Of a DNA stretch of 64,000 nt, positions 10,259 to 20,425 are shown piece after piece. A model generated the notes under the pieces. That model had not been told where the DNA came from. It was given only the letters and a program-made list of their open reading frames with translations, and searched no databases. The position numbers and the translations under genes were made by a program. The stretch comes from Candidatus Micrarchaeia archaeon (GTDB lineage Archaea > Micrarchaeota > Micrarchaeia > CABMEP01). Where the stretch lies: the NCBI GenBank assembly GCA_038886535.1, contig JAVZXS010000002.1:160001-224000 (forward strand). Reading direction: 5' to 3'. Each line of letters opens with the position of its first letter. Position 1 is the first letter of the stretch.

Positions 10259-10285
10259 ATTTTTGTATTTAGACTTATTCAGACC

Positions 10286-10771
10286 TTATTTGTCCTTTTC
10301 TTTATTTAGAAAGAATTTCATTCTGTCTATCAATCCTATATTTTCATTTTTTACTGATTCTACTTGAATTTCATCCTGGACATTTATTTTTTGAATAGTT
10401 TCTTCCGTTTTTCTTTTATATTCCGAGTAAAATTTTTCAACAGTTCTCCTGTTGACATAATCGTGCTGTCTAAACCCTCCTCCGAATGATTTTGGTATAT
10501 GTAGCAATTCATGTATCAATACTTTCGTTTTTTCTTCCTCATTCATTCTGTCGAATCTCTCACTAAGTACCTCTATAACATAAAATGCATCCGTATTCAT
10601 TCCAAGCTGCATTACTTTCGGCAGTCCATGACATCTGGCAATTACTCTTCTTGAGTTAGTTCCATAACTTCTAAAACAAGCAATTCTTTCTATATTTACA
10701 TAATTTATATTCAGTTTTTCAACGATGTCCTTTATCTTTTCTTCCAGGTCCTTTGCTCTTTCGTATCTCAT
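10286..10771 (-). CDS. Putative zincin metallopeptidase
   Basis: LIHELLHIP (HExxH) followed by GGFRQH; probable start MRYERA at 10771. Confidence 0.75.
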   Translation of the reverse strand: MRYERAKDLEEKIKDIVEKLNINYVNIERIACFRSYGTNSRRVIARCHGLPKVMQLGMNTDAFYVIEVLSERFDRMNEEEKTKVLIHELLHIPKSFGGGFRQHDYVNRRTVEKFYSEYKRKTEETIQKINVQDEIQVESVKNENIGLIDRMKFFLNKEKDK

Positions 10772-10847
10772 AAAATAAGATTTGATGTAAATAATTTTAA
10801 ATCTAGAGTTAATTTTCATTTTCAATAAAATGGTTATAAAACAATAA

Positions 10848-11297
10848 TTACCAGCTAGGGTACTTGGTTTTTAGTTCATTAAGATAAAATTTATATGCTT
10901 CAACAGAATCCATATTGTGGTTTCTAGTGAATCTTTCGTTAATTTTATGTGGATTTAACATTGCATTTATTGTCTTCAACAACGCCATTTCTTCTATTGT
11001 TATCTTTTCATTCCTATGAACTATCTTCTTTCTTATTATCTGAAGAGAAGGATTCCATGCCATATGGAAATTTTTAACACACCATCTTGCTCCGCGGTCG
11101 ATTAATACATTGATCATTTTTTCAACCATGTATCCATTTTCTAGTCTTTCGCTTTTATTTATTCTACCTTTGTTTTCTTCCAATCTTTTAATCAACGGCA
11201 GAAAGTCAATTATCTCTAACTTGTCTTGATGAGGATCTCCGAAATTCCTATTAGAATAGGGTGCACTACCATCTTCCATGAATTTGAATCTTTCCAT
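10848..11297 (-). CDS. Hypothetical protein (149 aa)
   Basis: Fills intergenic space, GAGTGG upstream of ATG; no motif recognised. Confidence 0.55.
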   Translation of the reverse strand: MERFKFMEDGSAPYSNRNFGDPHQDKLEIIDFLPLIKRLEENKGRINKSERLENGYMVEKMINVLIDRGARWCVKNFHMAWNPSLQIIRKKIVHRNEKITIEEMALLKTINAMLNPHKINERFTRNHNMDSVEAYKFYLNELKTKYPSW

Positions 11298-11417
11298 AAA
11301 ACCACTCTATAAAGTCATCCTAATATTTATAGAATTTAGAACATTCAATGTTTATATTTCTTTCTATTTTATTATTATTGCTTATTTTATACAATTTAGA
11401 TTTGGAAAGTGATTATT

Positions 11418-14057
11418 ATGGCAAAAACAAAAGAGGTATATCTGTTTAAAGAAGGTTCAAGTAAGATGAGGCAAATACTTGGAGGTAAAGGTTGTGAATT
11501 GTCTGAGATGACAAGAATCGGATTACCTGTTCCACCTGGAATTATAATAACTACGGAACAGTGTCTTATTTATCAGAAGACAAAGAAGATCTCAAAAGAT
11601 CTTGAAAATAAAATATTTAAAGCACTCTCAAGTGTGGAGAAGCAAGTAGGAAAGAAGTTCGGAGATGAAAAAAATCCGCTTTTAGTTTCAGTTAGATCTG
11701 GAGCACCAGTTTCAATGCCAGGCATGATGGACACAATTTTAAATCTAGGATTAAATGATAAGACAGTCATTGGTTTTGCAAAAAACACAAATGAAAGAAC
11801 AGCTTATGATGCATACAGAAGATTGGTGCAGATGTTTGGAGAGGTTGTTCTTGGTATCAAGAAGGAAAAGTTTGACAAAATATTCGAATCTGTAAAGGAA
11901 GAGCATGGAAGAAAGCAGGATATAGAATTAAATGTTGATGAGCTTAAAGAGATAATCTCAAAATACAAACACCTTGTTCATCAAGAAACTGGAAAGGAAT
12001 TTCCAGATGATCCAAGAAAGCAGCTGATAATGGCAGTGGAAGCAGTGTTTAATTCTTGGAACAATCCAAGGGCGATAACTTACAGAAATTTGTATAAAAT
12101 TCCACATGATATGGGAACTGCAGTAGTCATCCAAGCAATGGTGTTTGGAAATAGCGGAGAAAAGAGCGGTACTGGAGTTGCATTTACAAGAAATCCATCA
12201 ACCGGTGAAAAGAAACTATATGGAGAATATTTAATTAATGCACAAGGAGAGGATGTGGTTGCAGGAATAAGAACACCACAACCTATAGAAAAAATGAAGA
12301 AAGAATTGCCACAAGCTTACAAAGAGCTGGAAAGAATAGCAAAGCTTCTTGAAAAACACTATAGGGAAATGCAGGATATGGAGTTTACAATTGAAAACGG
12401 AAAGCTATGGATGCTTCAGACAAGAACAGGTAAAAGAACAGCGGCTGCAGCTGTAAAGATTGCAGTAGATATGGTAAAAGAGAAGCTCATAACAAAGGAA
12501 GAGGCAATAATGAGAGTTTCCCCTTCACAGATTGACCAGTTGCTACATAGACAAATCGATCCAAGTGTTAAAGTCAATCCGATTGCAAAAGGTTTGCCCG
12601 CGAGCCCAGGTGCAGCAACCGGAAAGATTGTATTCACAGCAGATGAAGCTGCAGAAAAAGGTAAAAAAGAAAAAGTAATTCTTGTTGCAGTTGAAACCAC
12701 TCCAGATGACATCCATGGTATGATTGCATCTCAAGGAATTCTTACCAGCAGAGGAGGAATGACTTGTCATGCAGCAGTGGTAGCAAGAGGTTTAGGTTTG
12801 CCATCTGTTGTAGGATGCGAGGCCGCAAAGGTAGACATAGATAAGAAAACACTTACAATAAACGGAAAGGTATTCAAAGAAGGAGATTTGATCACTATTG
12901 ACGGTTCAACAGGAAATGTGATAGAGGGAGAGGTAAAGCTTGTAGAACCCACTATATCTGGAGAATTCAATGTATTTTTGAATTGGTGCGATTCAGTTGC
13001 AAGGATGAAAGTAAGAGCGAATGCAGACACTCCTTCGGCAGCAAAAGGAGCACGCAACTTTGGAGCAAAGGGAATTGGATTATGCAGAACAGAAAGAATG
13101 TTCAACGATCCAGAGAGGCTTCCTTTCGTGCAAAAGATGATTCTCTCAGAGACAGCAGAAGAGAGAAAGAAATGGCTAGCAAAGCTTAAGGAATTTCAGG
13201 TTAAGGACTTCTATGAGATTTTCCTTGCAATGGACGGTTTACCAGTAACTGTCCGTTTACTAGATCCACCACTTCATGAATTTCTGCCTAAGCTTGAAGA
13301 ATTGCTTGCAGAGATAGCAGAACTTAGTTCAAAGAAGGTTGATGAAAGAGTTATTGAGGAGAAGCAGGCAATGCTTAAGAAGGTAAGAGAGCTGCAGGAA
13401 TTCAATCCAATGCTTGGCCACAGAGGATCAAGATTAGGAATCACTTATCCAGAGATTTATGAAATGCAGGTCTCTGCAATATTTGAAGCAGCTGCAAGAT
13501 TAAAGAAAGAGAAAAAGAACCCAATAGTAGAAATCATGGTTCCATTGATAGGAAACGTCAATGAACTAAAGATATTGAAGCCGATAATAAAGAAGACCGC
13601 TGATGAGATATTGGAAAGAGAAAAAGTAAAACTAAATTATACGATTGGAACAATGATAGAGGTTCCAAGAGCTGCATTAACAGCAGACGAGATAGCACAA
13701 GAGGCAGAGTTCTTCTCATTTGGAACAAATGACCTTACTCAAACAACGCTTGGTTTTAGCAGAGATGATGCAGAGGCCAAATTCTTGCAGCTTTATCTCA
13801 ATAAAGAAATTTACAAGTCTAATCCATTTGAAGTAATAGATTACGGAGTAGGAAAGCTTGTAGAGATGGCAGTTAAGCTTGGAAGATCTACAAGAAAGAA
13901 CCTTAAGGTTGGGGTATGTGGTGAAACAGGCGGAGAACCTACTTCAATCAAATTCTATCACGATGTAGGATTAGACTATGTAAGCTGCTCTCAATATAGA
14001 GTTCCAATTGCAAGATTAGCTTGCGCTCAGGCAGCCATAGCTGACAAGAAAAAATGA
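11418..14057 (+). CDS. ppdK: Pyruvate, phosphate dikinase
   Basis: LGGKG, SVRSGAPVSMPGMMDT, phospho-His motif GGMTCHAAVVARG, SFGTNDLTQ, VCGE. Confidence 0.97.
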   Translation: MAKTKEVYLFKEGSSKMRQILGGKGCELSEMTRIGLPVPPGIIITTEQCLIYQKTKKISKDLENKIFKALSSVEKQVGKKFGDEKNPLLVSVRSGAPVSMPGMMDTILNLGLNDKTVIGFAKNTNERTAYDAYRRLVQMFGEVVLGIKKEKFDKIFESVKEEHGRKQDIELNVDELKEIISKYKHLVHQETGKEFPDDPRKQLIMAVEAVFNSWNNPRAITYRNLYKIPHDMGTAVVIQAMVFGNSGEKSGTGVAFTRNPSTGEKKLYGEYLINAQGEDVVAGIRTPQPIEKMKKELPQAYKELERIAKLLEKHYREMQDMEFTIENGKLWMLQTRTGKRTAAAAVKIAVDMVKEKLITKEEAIMRVSPSQIDQLLHRQIDPSVKVNPIAKGLPASPGAATGKIVFTADEAAEKGKKEKVILVAVETTPDDIHGMIASQGILTSRGGMTCHAAVVARGLGLPSVVGCEAAKVDIDKKTLTINGKVFKEGDLITIDGSTGNVIEGEVKLVEPTISGEFNVFLNWCDSVARMKVRANADTPSAAKGARNFGAKGIGLCRTERMFNDPERLPFVQKMILSETAEERKKWLAKLKEFQVKDFYEIFLAMDGLPVTVRLLDPPLHEFLPKLEELLAEIAELSSKKVDERVIEEKQAMLKKVRELQEFNPMLGHRGSRLGITYPEIYEMQVSAIFEAAARLKKEKKNPIVEIMVPLIGNVNELKILKPIIKKTADEILEREKVKLNYTIGTMIEVPRAALTADEIAQEAEFFSFGTNDLTQTTLGFSRDDAEAKFLQLYLNKEIYKSNPFEVIDYGVGKLVEMAVKLGRSTRKNLKVGVCGETGGEPTSIKFYHDVGLDYVSCSQYRVPIARLACAQAAIADKKK

Positions 14058-14099
14058 AAGTAAGAATACAAGATGAAAAGCAAAAAGAATGAAAATTTA

Positions 14100-14225
14100 G
14101 TTTTTCCTTTTTTATTTTCTTTATTTCTTTTATTTTTTATTTAGTTCTTTTTTCTTTCAGTTTTATCTCTTTTAATCTGTTATTTTTATTTGTTTTTTGT
14201 TATTTTTTTATTCTTTTGAGTTTTG
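14100..14225. terminator. Long T-rich tract between convergent ppdK and GT2 genes
   Basis: ~125 nt dominated by T runs on the + strand. Confidence 0.5.
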
Positions 14226-14257
14226 TTGTCTATTATGTTATCTATTCTATTATCTTA

Positions 14258-15028
14258 TTATCTAACATCTTCGTATTCCTGCTTTGACTTTCCAGTAAGG
14301 GTATATTTTATTAGATTTGTGGCATGGAAGAAGAAGAACTTCTTGTATCCCCAGTGCTTAAGTCGCCTCGCTGAAGTATATGTTACTGCATCAACAAATC
14401 TTATCTTTCCTTTTCTCTTTATTCTGTTAAAGAGATCTATGTCTTCTGCAGTTTTAAGATTAAGATTGAATCCTCCTATCTGATTGAATGCATCTTTTCT
14501 GACAGCCATGTTCATTCCTGCAACAGCAGGTTTTCCAATTAGATCAGTGAATCTTATATAAGGGGTGAAGAGCTTTGCAAGAATTTTATCTATTCTGCTA
14601 CCATCTCTTATCAAAACTCTTCCATAAACAGCTACAATCTTTTCATCTTTAGAGAATGCATCCGCTATCTTCTTTAGCCAATCTTTCTCTGCGATTGTGT
14701 CAGAATCAATAAATGCAATTATATCTCCTTTAGCTATTTCAGCTCCCTTCTGTCTCTCTGCTGCTGCAGATCTTCTTTTTTCGATTATCACCTTGTCTGC
14801 GTACTTTCTTGCAATCTCTCTTGTTTCATCTTCACTATTTCCGTCGCATACAATTATTTCTAAAGGTTTGTAAGATTGGCTCTTTAGTGATTTTAAGCAT
14901 GATTCTATGTATTTCTCTTCATTCAATGCAGGAACTACTACGCTTATTTCAAGCTTATTTTTCATCTTTCTGTTTTCTTTTTTTTCTTCTTGTACCTTTT
15001 TATTGTCTCTTTTTTCATCTTTTTTCAT
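14258..15028 (-). CDS. Glycosyltransferase family 2
   Basis: SVVVPALNEE, DGNSED, FIDSD (DxD), EDIDL, TSARR. Confidence 0.93.
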   Translation of the reverse strand: MKKDEKRDNKKVQEEKKENRKMKNKLEISVVVPALNEEKYIESCLKSLKSQSYKPLEIIVCDGNSEDETREIARKYADKVIIEKRRSAAAERQKGAEIAKGDIIAFIDSDTIAEKDWLKKIADAFSKDEKIVAVYGRVLIRDGSRIDKILAKLFTPYIRFTDLIGKPAVAGMNMAVRKDAFNQIGGFNLNLKTAEDIDLFNRIKRKGKIRFVDAVTYTSARRLKHWGYKKFFFFHATNLIKYTLTGKSKQEYEDVR

Positions 15029-15092
15029 TTAGGCACCTATTTAAAAGAAAGAATATGAATTGAAAAAAATTAAATGAAATAAAAACAAAAAA

Positions 15093-17285
15093 TTAGTCCA
15101 TAAAGTCCTTTGCTGTTGGAGGTTCTTTAGGCTCTCCTTTTCTTTCACGGACTTTGGTTACTAATTCATTCTGCAGCGAGGTTGGAACAAGCTCGTATCC
15201 TGCATATTCATGATACCAGATTGCTCTTCCCTGTGATGCAGATCTTAAATCATTGGACATTCCGAATGTCTCAGATACTGGCAGCTTTGCCTTAACAGTG
15301 GATAGTTCTCCTTCCTGTCCAATTTCAATTATTTCACCACGTCTTCCCTGCAATGCAGTTATTATATTTCCTGCATACTCCTGTGGCGATTGTACAAGGA
15401 ATATCTGCTTTGGTTCCATGAGCCTTACTCCAGATGTGAGCATGCTTGCATAGATTGGTCTCTTTATTGCAGGCATGATCTGAGCAGGACCTCTATGTGC
15501 AGGATCTTCATGAATTATTGCATCTGTTAATAATACCTTCACGCCAACAACCTTTTCTTTTGCAAGAGGTCCTTTGTCCACTGCTTCCTCGAATGCCTTG
15601 AGCACTAATTCCATGATTTCCTGCATGTATTGTACTCCTTTTGTTGCATCCACGAGTACACATCTGTTCTTTATGTCTAGAACTTTCTTTGCCTGATCTC
15701 TTTCCATTCCTGCTTCTACAAGAGCATCAACTATAGCCTTTCCTTTCGGTCTTCCCTCAGGAATCTTTCCTTCTACTATTGCATTGTAAACTCCCTCTTC
15801 AAGAGGCTCAACCTTTATCTTGAATTTGTTGTGCTTGTTAGGTGATTTTCCTTCAAGTTCAGGTCCTGGTTTAAGTATTGTTTCTCTATACACCACAATT
15901 GGTGGAGAAGTTTCTATTTCTACTCCTTTCTCCTTTGATATCTTGTACTCCACAATCTCAAGGTGAAGTTCACCCATACCACTTATAAGGTGCTCACCAG
16001 TTTCCTGGTTGATTTCTACTTTAAGAGTTGGGTCTTCCTTTGACATCTGTCTTAAGACTTCAATTAACTTGACAAGGTCCTTTGTGTTCTTTGCCTCTAT
16101 CGATTTTGTAACAACGGGTTCAGAGTAGTGTTTGATCTGTTCAAATGGTTCAAAGTTTGGATTTTCACTTATTGTTTCTCCTACATAAAGGTCTCTCAAT
16201 CCTACTATTGCAGCAATGTTTCCTGCTGGAACCTCATCTGCAGGAATTCTATCTGGACCCATGTAGATTCCTACCTGTTGAACCTTTGCTGAGGTATGTT
16301 TTGAGGCAATAGTTAATTCTGTTCCCTTTCTTACTGTTCCACTGAATATTCTTGCAACCCCTACCTCTCCAGCATGCTTGTCTACAACCACACCGAAGAT
16401 AATTCCACATACCTTTGCATTAGGATCAGTATTCAACATCGCCTTTCCATCTTCTGTGTTTAAATCACCATGCCACAAGATTGGAATTCTATATACTTGT
16501 GCCTCTTGTGGGTTTGGAAGATGTTGGATTACCATTGTAAGAACAACTTCATCTATTGGTGCCTTTTCAACTAATGTTTTGTGGTCGTTTTTAGTACATA
16601 ACTCATATATATCTGTAAATTTAACTCCCTTCAACTTCATGTATGTGAAAGAAGTCGCCCACTTGTTGAAAGCAGATCCAAAAGCAATGTTTCCTTTTTC
16701 TACATTTATCTTCCATTCATCTTTCTTATCTGCAGGTGCATATTTGTCTATCAGCTTGTTTATATCTGTAATTAGTTTGATCAATCTTTCCTGCGTCTGT
16801 TGTGGCGTGTATTTCAGCTCGTTGATTAATCTGTCAATCTTATTGATGAACACTGTTGGCTTTGATTTTTCCTTTAAAGCCTGTCTTAATACTGTTTCAG
16901 TTTGAGGCATTATACCTTCAACTGCATCTACTACGAGAATAATTCCATCAACTGCTCTCATTGCTCTTGTAACGTGTCCTCCGAAGTCTACGTGTCCTGG
17001 GGTGTCGATAAGGTTGATGACATAGGGCTCTCCATTATATTCGAAACCAAGAGAGATGTTTGCAGATTTGATTGTAATTCCTCTCTTCTGTTCAAGTTCC
17101 TCGAAGTCCATGACTCTCTGTTCTCCTGCAAGCTCTTTGCTGATTAATCCTGCTCTTGCTACTAGAGAGTCTGCTAGTGTTGACTTACCGTGATCTACGT
17201 GTGCTACTATAGCAATGTTTCTCACGTACTTTAGATTTTTCATAATTTTCTGTACTTCTTCTACAACTAATTCTTTTCTTACCAT
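15093..17285 (-). CDS. fusA: Archaeal elongation factor 2
   Basis: AHVDHGKS, RGITI, DTPGHVDF, NKID; diphthamide loop HEDPAHRGPAQ intact. Confidence 0.98.
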   Translation of the reverse strand: MVRKELVVEEVQKIMKNLKYVRNIAIVAHVDHGKSTLADSLVARAGLISKELAGEQRVMDFEELEQKRGITIKSANISLGFEYNGEPYVINLIDTPGHVDFGGHVTRAMRAVDGIILVVDAVEGIMPQTETVLRQALKEKSKPTVFINKIDRLINELKYTPQQTQERLIKLITDINKLIDKYAPADKKDEWKINVEKGNIAFGSAFNKWATSFTYMKLKGVKFTDIYELCTKNDHKTLVEKAPIDEVVLTMVIQHLPNPQEAQVYRIPILWHGDLNTEDGKAMLNTDPNAKVCGIIFGVVVDKHAGEVGVARIFSGTVRKGTELTIASKHTSAKVQQVGIYMGPDRIPADEVPAGNIAAIVGLRDLYVGETISENPNFEPFEQIKHYSEPVVTKSIEAKNTKDLVKLIEVLRQMSKEDPTLKVEINQETGEHLISGMGELHLEIVEYKISKEKGVEIETSPPIVVYRETILKPGPELEGKSPNKHNKFKIKVEPLEEGVYNAIVEGKIPEGRPKGKAIVDALVEAGMERDQAKKVLDIKNRCVLVDATKGVQYMQEIMELVLKAFEEAVDKGPLAKEKVVGVKVLLTDAIIHEDPAHRGPAQIMPAIKRPIYASMLTSGVRLMEPKQIFLVQSPQEYAGNIITALQGRRGEIIEIGQEGELSTVKAKLPVSETFGMSNDLRSASQGRAIWYHEYAGYELVPTSLQNELVTKVRERKGEPKEPPTAKDFMD

Positions 17286-17313
17286 AATACCTACCTTTAT
17301 ATCAATATAAATG

Positions 17314-17335
17314 AAAAAAGCGAGCGAAAGCCCGC
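17314..17335 (-). terminator. GC hairpin plus U6 between uS7 and aEF2
   Basis: Minus strand GCGGGC-TTTC-GCTCGC-TTTTTT. Confidence 0.5.
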
Positions 17336-17354
17336 ATGAAAATAAAAAAAGAAT

Positions 17355-17960
17355 TTATCTTGCGCTTCTTGCCATTCTTTCTGTTTCATCCTTCTTCTTT
17401 ATTGCATAGCTGTTTACATCTCCAGTTGCTGCGAGTATTATTTCATTTGCAAGCGCTTCTGCGAGTGTGGCTTTCTTATCGAAAGATGAGATTATAGCTG
17501 CAAGGCTTATGTTTCTAAGAGCCATATCTACTCTTCTTTTTGGAGAAACATCTACTGCGACCTGGTATCTTACTCCTCCGTATTCCACTCTTGTTACGTC
17601 TTCTCTCGGAGCGCTGTTTTCTATTGCTTTTATGAGGTATTGGATTGGATTTTGCTTTGTTTTTTCATGAATTATGTCGAAAGCCTCTTCTACTATTTTT
17701 ATTACTCTCGTCTTCTTGCCTTGCAACTTTCCATGGGTTCTTATTAGCTTTCCTCCTACCTTTTCACCAGTTCCTCCTCTCATTAACTTGTTTACAAGCC
17801 TTTCCACTATGTTCTTTTCTATTCTTTTCTTTCTTTTTCCAACTCTACCAAAAGTGTGAGGCATTACTGAAGGTCTTAGATTTATGTAATCCTTCATTGT
17901 CTCATCAGTGATTTGTACATTGTAATCATATTTGTTGAAAAGCTTATCATTGATTTCCAT
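17355..17960 (-). CDS. rps7: 30S ribosomal protein uS7
   Basis: IVERLVNKLM, NPIQ, ENSAPRED, AVDVSPKRR, ERMARSAR. Confidence 0.97.
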   Translation of the reverse strand: MEINDKLFNKYDYNVQITDETMKDYINLRPSVMPHTFGRVGKRKKRIEKNIVERLVNKLMRGGTGEKVGGKLIRTHGKLQGKKTRVIKIVEEAFDIIHEKTKQNPIQYLIKAIENSAPREDVTRVEYGGVRYQVAVDVSPKRRVDMALRNISLAAIISSFDKKATLAEALANEIILAATGDVNSYAIKKKDETERMARSAR

Positions 17961-17998
17961 AATATCACTCTATTAAATTTAATTAAGAGAATAGAGAA

Positions 17999-18421
17999 TT
18001 ATCTTCTCGGTTTCTCTTTCTTACCTTTTCTTATCTGCTCAAGAGAAGTATTGTTTACGGCTATCACCTTATATCTGACGCCAGGGATTGAACCCATCTG
18101 TCCTCTTTGTGATCCACCAAGTCCTTCGACTAAAACTTCATCATGTTCATCTATGTGATTTATTGCTCCATCTCGGGGTGCGAATGCAGTGATTATCTTG
18201 CCGTTCTTTATTAACTGTATCTTTACGCATTTGATAAGACCAGAGTGAGGCTGCTTTTGCTCAAGCACTTTCTTTTCTAGCACTATTCCTCTTGCTGCAT
18301 GAGCTCCCTCGAGAGGATCGTATTTCTCTTTGAGTTTTTCAACTTTTCTTCTCCATGTTTTCTTTAACCATCTGTATTTCTTTCTTTTCTTTAATATATC
18401 TCTTCCAGAGAATTCTCCCAT
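17999..18421 (-). CDS. rps12: 30S ribosomal protein uS12 (divergent decoding loops)
   Basis: [38 protein letters not shown]; operon position. Confidence 0.97.
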   Translation of the reverse strand: MGEFSGRDILKKRKKYRWLKKTWRRKVEKLKEKYDPLEGAHAARGIVLEKKVLEQKQPHSGLIKCVKIQLIKNGKIITAFAPRDGAINHIDEHDEVLVEGLGGSQRGQMGSIPGVRYKVIAVNNTSLEQIRKGKKEKPRR

Positions 18422-18633
18422 ATAATTACACCTTATAATGTTTAACAGCGCCAGCTGGTAAACTTAAGAACACTCATTTCGAGTGTTGTAAATATAATTG
18501 TATTAATCTATTTTAAGCCCGCTGCACAGAAAAAGTTCTGTAAGGGCACTTATTTGATGAAATTTGGATATCTAGGATAATATATAATATATATATTTGT
18601 AGTGTTTTTAAATCTTATTTTATTACCCTTTAA

Positions 18634-19035
18634 TCATGCTCTTATCTCAATTTTCTTAAAGTTTCTTTCAACAAGTACATTTGCGAGCTTTATTTTATTT
18701 CCACCTCTTCCGATGACATACTTCCTATCTTCGGAGCTTGTTATTACCCTAGCAGTGTCACCTTCTATTACAACGTTTACTTTTATAGGTGCAAATATGT
18801 TGCTAATAAATCTTTCGAGTTCTTCAGACCATTCTATAACTACTATATCTCTTTTAAGCTTCTTTTTAAGATTATTAATCATCTTTCCTCCAGGTCCTAT
18901 AACCTTTCCAACATCTCCTTCTGCAACTACGATAGCAAGCGTTTTTCCATCGTCATATACATCTCTTATCGCTGCACGAGTTGCATCCTGAAGGAACATC
19001 ATCATTTTAATATCTTCATTAGATAGTTTTGTCAT
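18634..19035 (-). CDS. nusA: Archaeal NusA (two KH domains)
   Basis: VIGPGG and VIGRGG KH motifs; canonical position after eL30. Confidence 0.94.
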   Translation of the reverse strand: MTKLSNEDIKMMMFLQDATRAAIRDVYDDGKTLAIVVAEGDVGKVIGPGGKMINNLKKKLKRDIVVIEWSEELERFISNIFAPIKVNVVIEGDTARVITSSEDRKYVIGRGGNKIKLANVLVERNFKKIEIRA

Positions 19036-19054
19036 TAGATCTCCTTTTTATACT

Positions 19055-19357
19055 TTACTCAGCGATTTTTAGAATCTCTGAATCACCAGGTTCTATTATC
19101 GCCATCATGAGTACTGGAAAAGGTTTTCCAGCTAACGATCCTAACTCTATTGAGGGATAATTCAATTCCTTGTAAGGAACTTTAGAATTTTTACATATCT
19201 CTATTATTTCATTCTTTAAGTTTTTTGGACAATTTCCAGCTAAAAGTATAAGCTTTGCATTTCCATGTGCAGCTAGATATTTACAGGTTCTTGTTCCAAA
19301 TTCTACCTTTCCAGTATCAACACATATTCTTATTGATTTTTCAATATCGATATTCAT
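19055..19357 (-). CDS. rpl30e: 50S ribosomal protein eL30
   Basis: DTGKVEFG, ELGSLAGKPF, EPGDSEI. Confidence 0.96.
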   Translation of the reverse strand: MNIDIEKSIRICVDTGKVEFGTRTCKYLAAHGNAKLILLAGNCPKNLKNEIIEICKNSKVPYKELNYPSIELGSLAGKPFPVLMMAIIEPGDSEILKIAE

Positions 19358-19383
19358 ATTTTCACCTATAGTAAAAATTTAAT

Positions 19384-20409
19384 TTATTTAGTTTCATGTT
19401 TCATTGTAAGCTTAACAAGACCAGTTCCTAACGGAACAGGTTGTCCTATTAATATGTTTTCAGTTACTCCTTTTAACCTATCTTCTTCTCCATTTATTGC
19501 AGCGTTAACTAAGTGTTTCACAGTTTCTTCAAATGCTGCTCTTGCAAGAACAGATGGTTTTCTTCCACTAAGACCATGTCTTCCTACCGAAATAACCTCT
19601 CCATCAACAGTCATTGCGTCCGCAAGAAGACAAATGTGTCTTATATCCACATCTGTTTTCTGAGTTTTCATAGTAGTATATATCTCATTAACTATTGCAT
19701 TTCTTGCAGCCTCTATTCCAAATAAATTGTAGATTTCCATTATATCATTTGTAATAGATCTAGTCGGATCGACGTGCGGGAATTTAAATAATTCTGTAAG
19801 ATTTGATCCACCTGCAATAATTATCCATTCACCATTTTCATCTTGGGTTACAACTGGTTTCGTTATTCCACTAACACCTTTAATATGTAGATTTTTCAAT
19901 TTATTTGTGAATTTTCTTAACATTCTTAATGGTGTATTTTTGGCTGTAAGAAGAACTTTATCAGCTTGATGTTTCATTGTGATGTTAGGTTCTAATTCTG
20001 CTTTTATTTTCTTCTTTACCTGAATAAGATCTATATTTTTTTGTTTTATTTCATCTTTATCTATTTTTATCAATACTTGTTTCTTTTTAAAGTCTTCAGA
20101 AAAGGTTGCAATATCATTGAGTATAACTTGGTCTATTTCATTTGCTATTTCTTCTACCTTTTTCTTGTCTTTATATTTCTCTTTGAGGTATATCATAACG
20201 ATGGGTTTTTTAGGTTTCTTTTTTGCATCTACTATTTCAATGAGTCTCGGAAGACCTGTTGGTACTGCCTCGACTACTCCAGGAAGGTGGAAGGTACGCA
20301 TAGTCATTTGTGTTCCAGGTTCACCTAAGGAATGTGCAGCAAGTATTCCTACTCCCTCTCCAGGAGTTATCATAATATCTTTTTTCTCTTTATCAATATG
20401 TTTTGTCAT
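19384..20409 (-). CDS. rpo1C: RNA polymerase subunit A'' (Rpo1C)
   Basis: [41 protein letters not shown]. Confidence 0.97.
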   Translation of the reverse strand: MTKHIDKEKKDIMITPGEGVGILAAHSLGEPGTQMTMRTFHLPGVVEAVPTGLPRLIEIVDAKKKPKKPIVMIYLKEKYKDKKKVEEIANEIDQVILNDIATFSEDFKKKQVLIKIDKDEIKQKNIDLIQVKKKIKAELEPNITMKHQADKVLLTAKNTPLRMLRKFTNKLKNLHIKGVSGITKPVVTQDENGEWIIIAGGSNLTELFKFPHVDPTRSITNDIMEIYNLFGIEAARNAIVNEIYTTMKTQKTDVDIRHICLLADAMTVDGEVISVGRHGLSGRKPSVLARAAFEETVKHLVNAAINGEEDRLKGVTENILIGQPVPLGTGLVKLTMKHETK

Positions 20410-20425
20410 TATATCACCTTTATAT

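Noticed and set aside
11418..14057. PPDK motif variants (TCH, RTERMF, CGETGG)
   Set aside because: Phospho-His and catalytic Cys are retained; no reason to infer altered function
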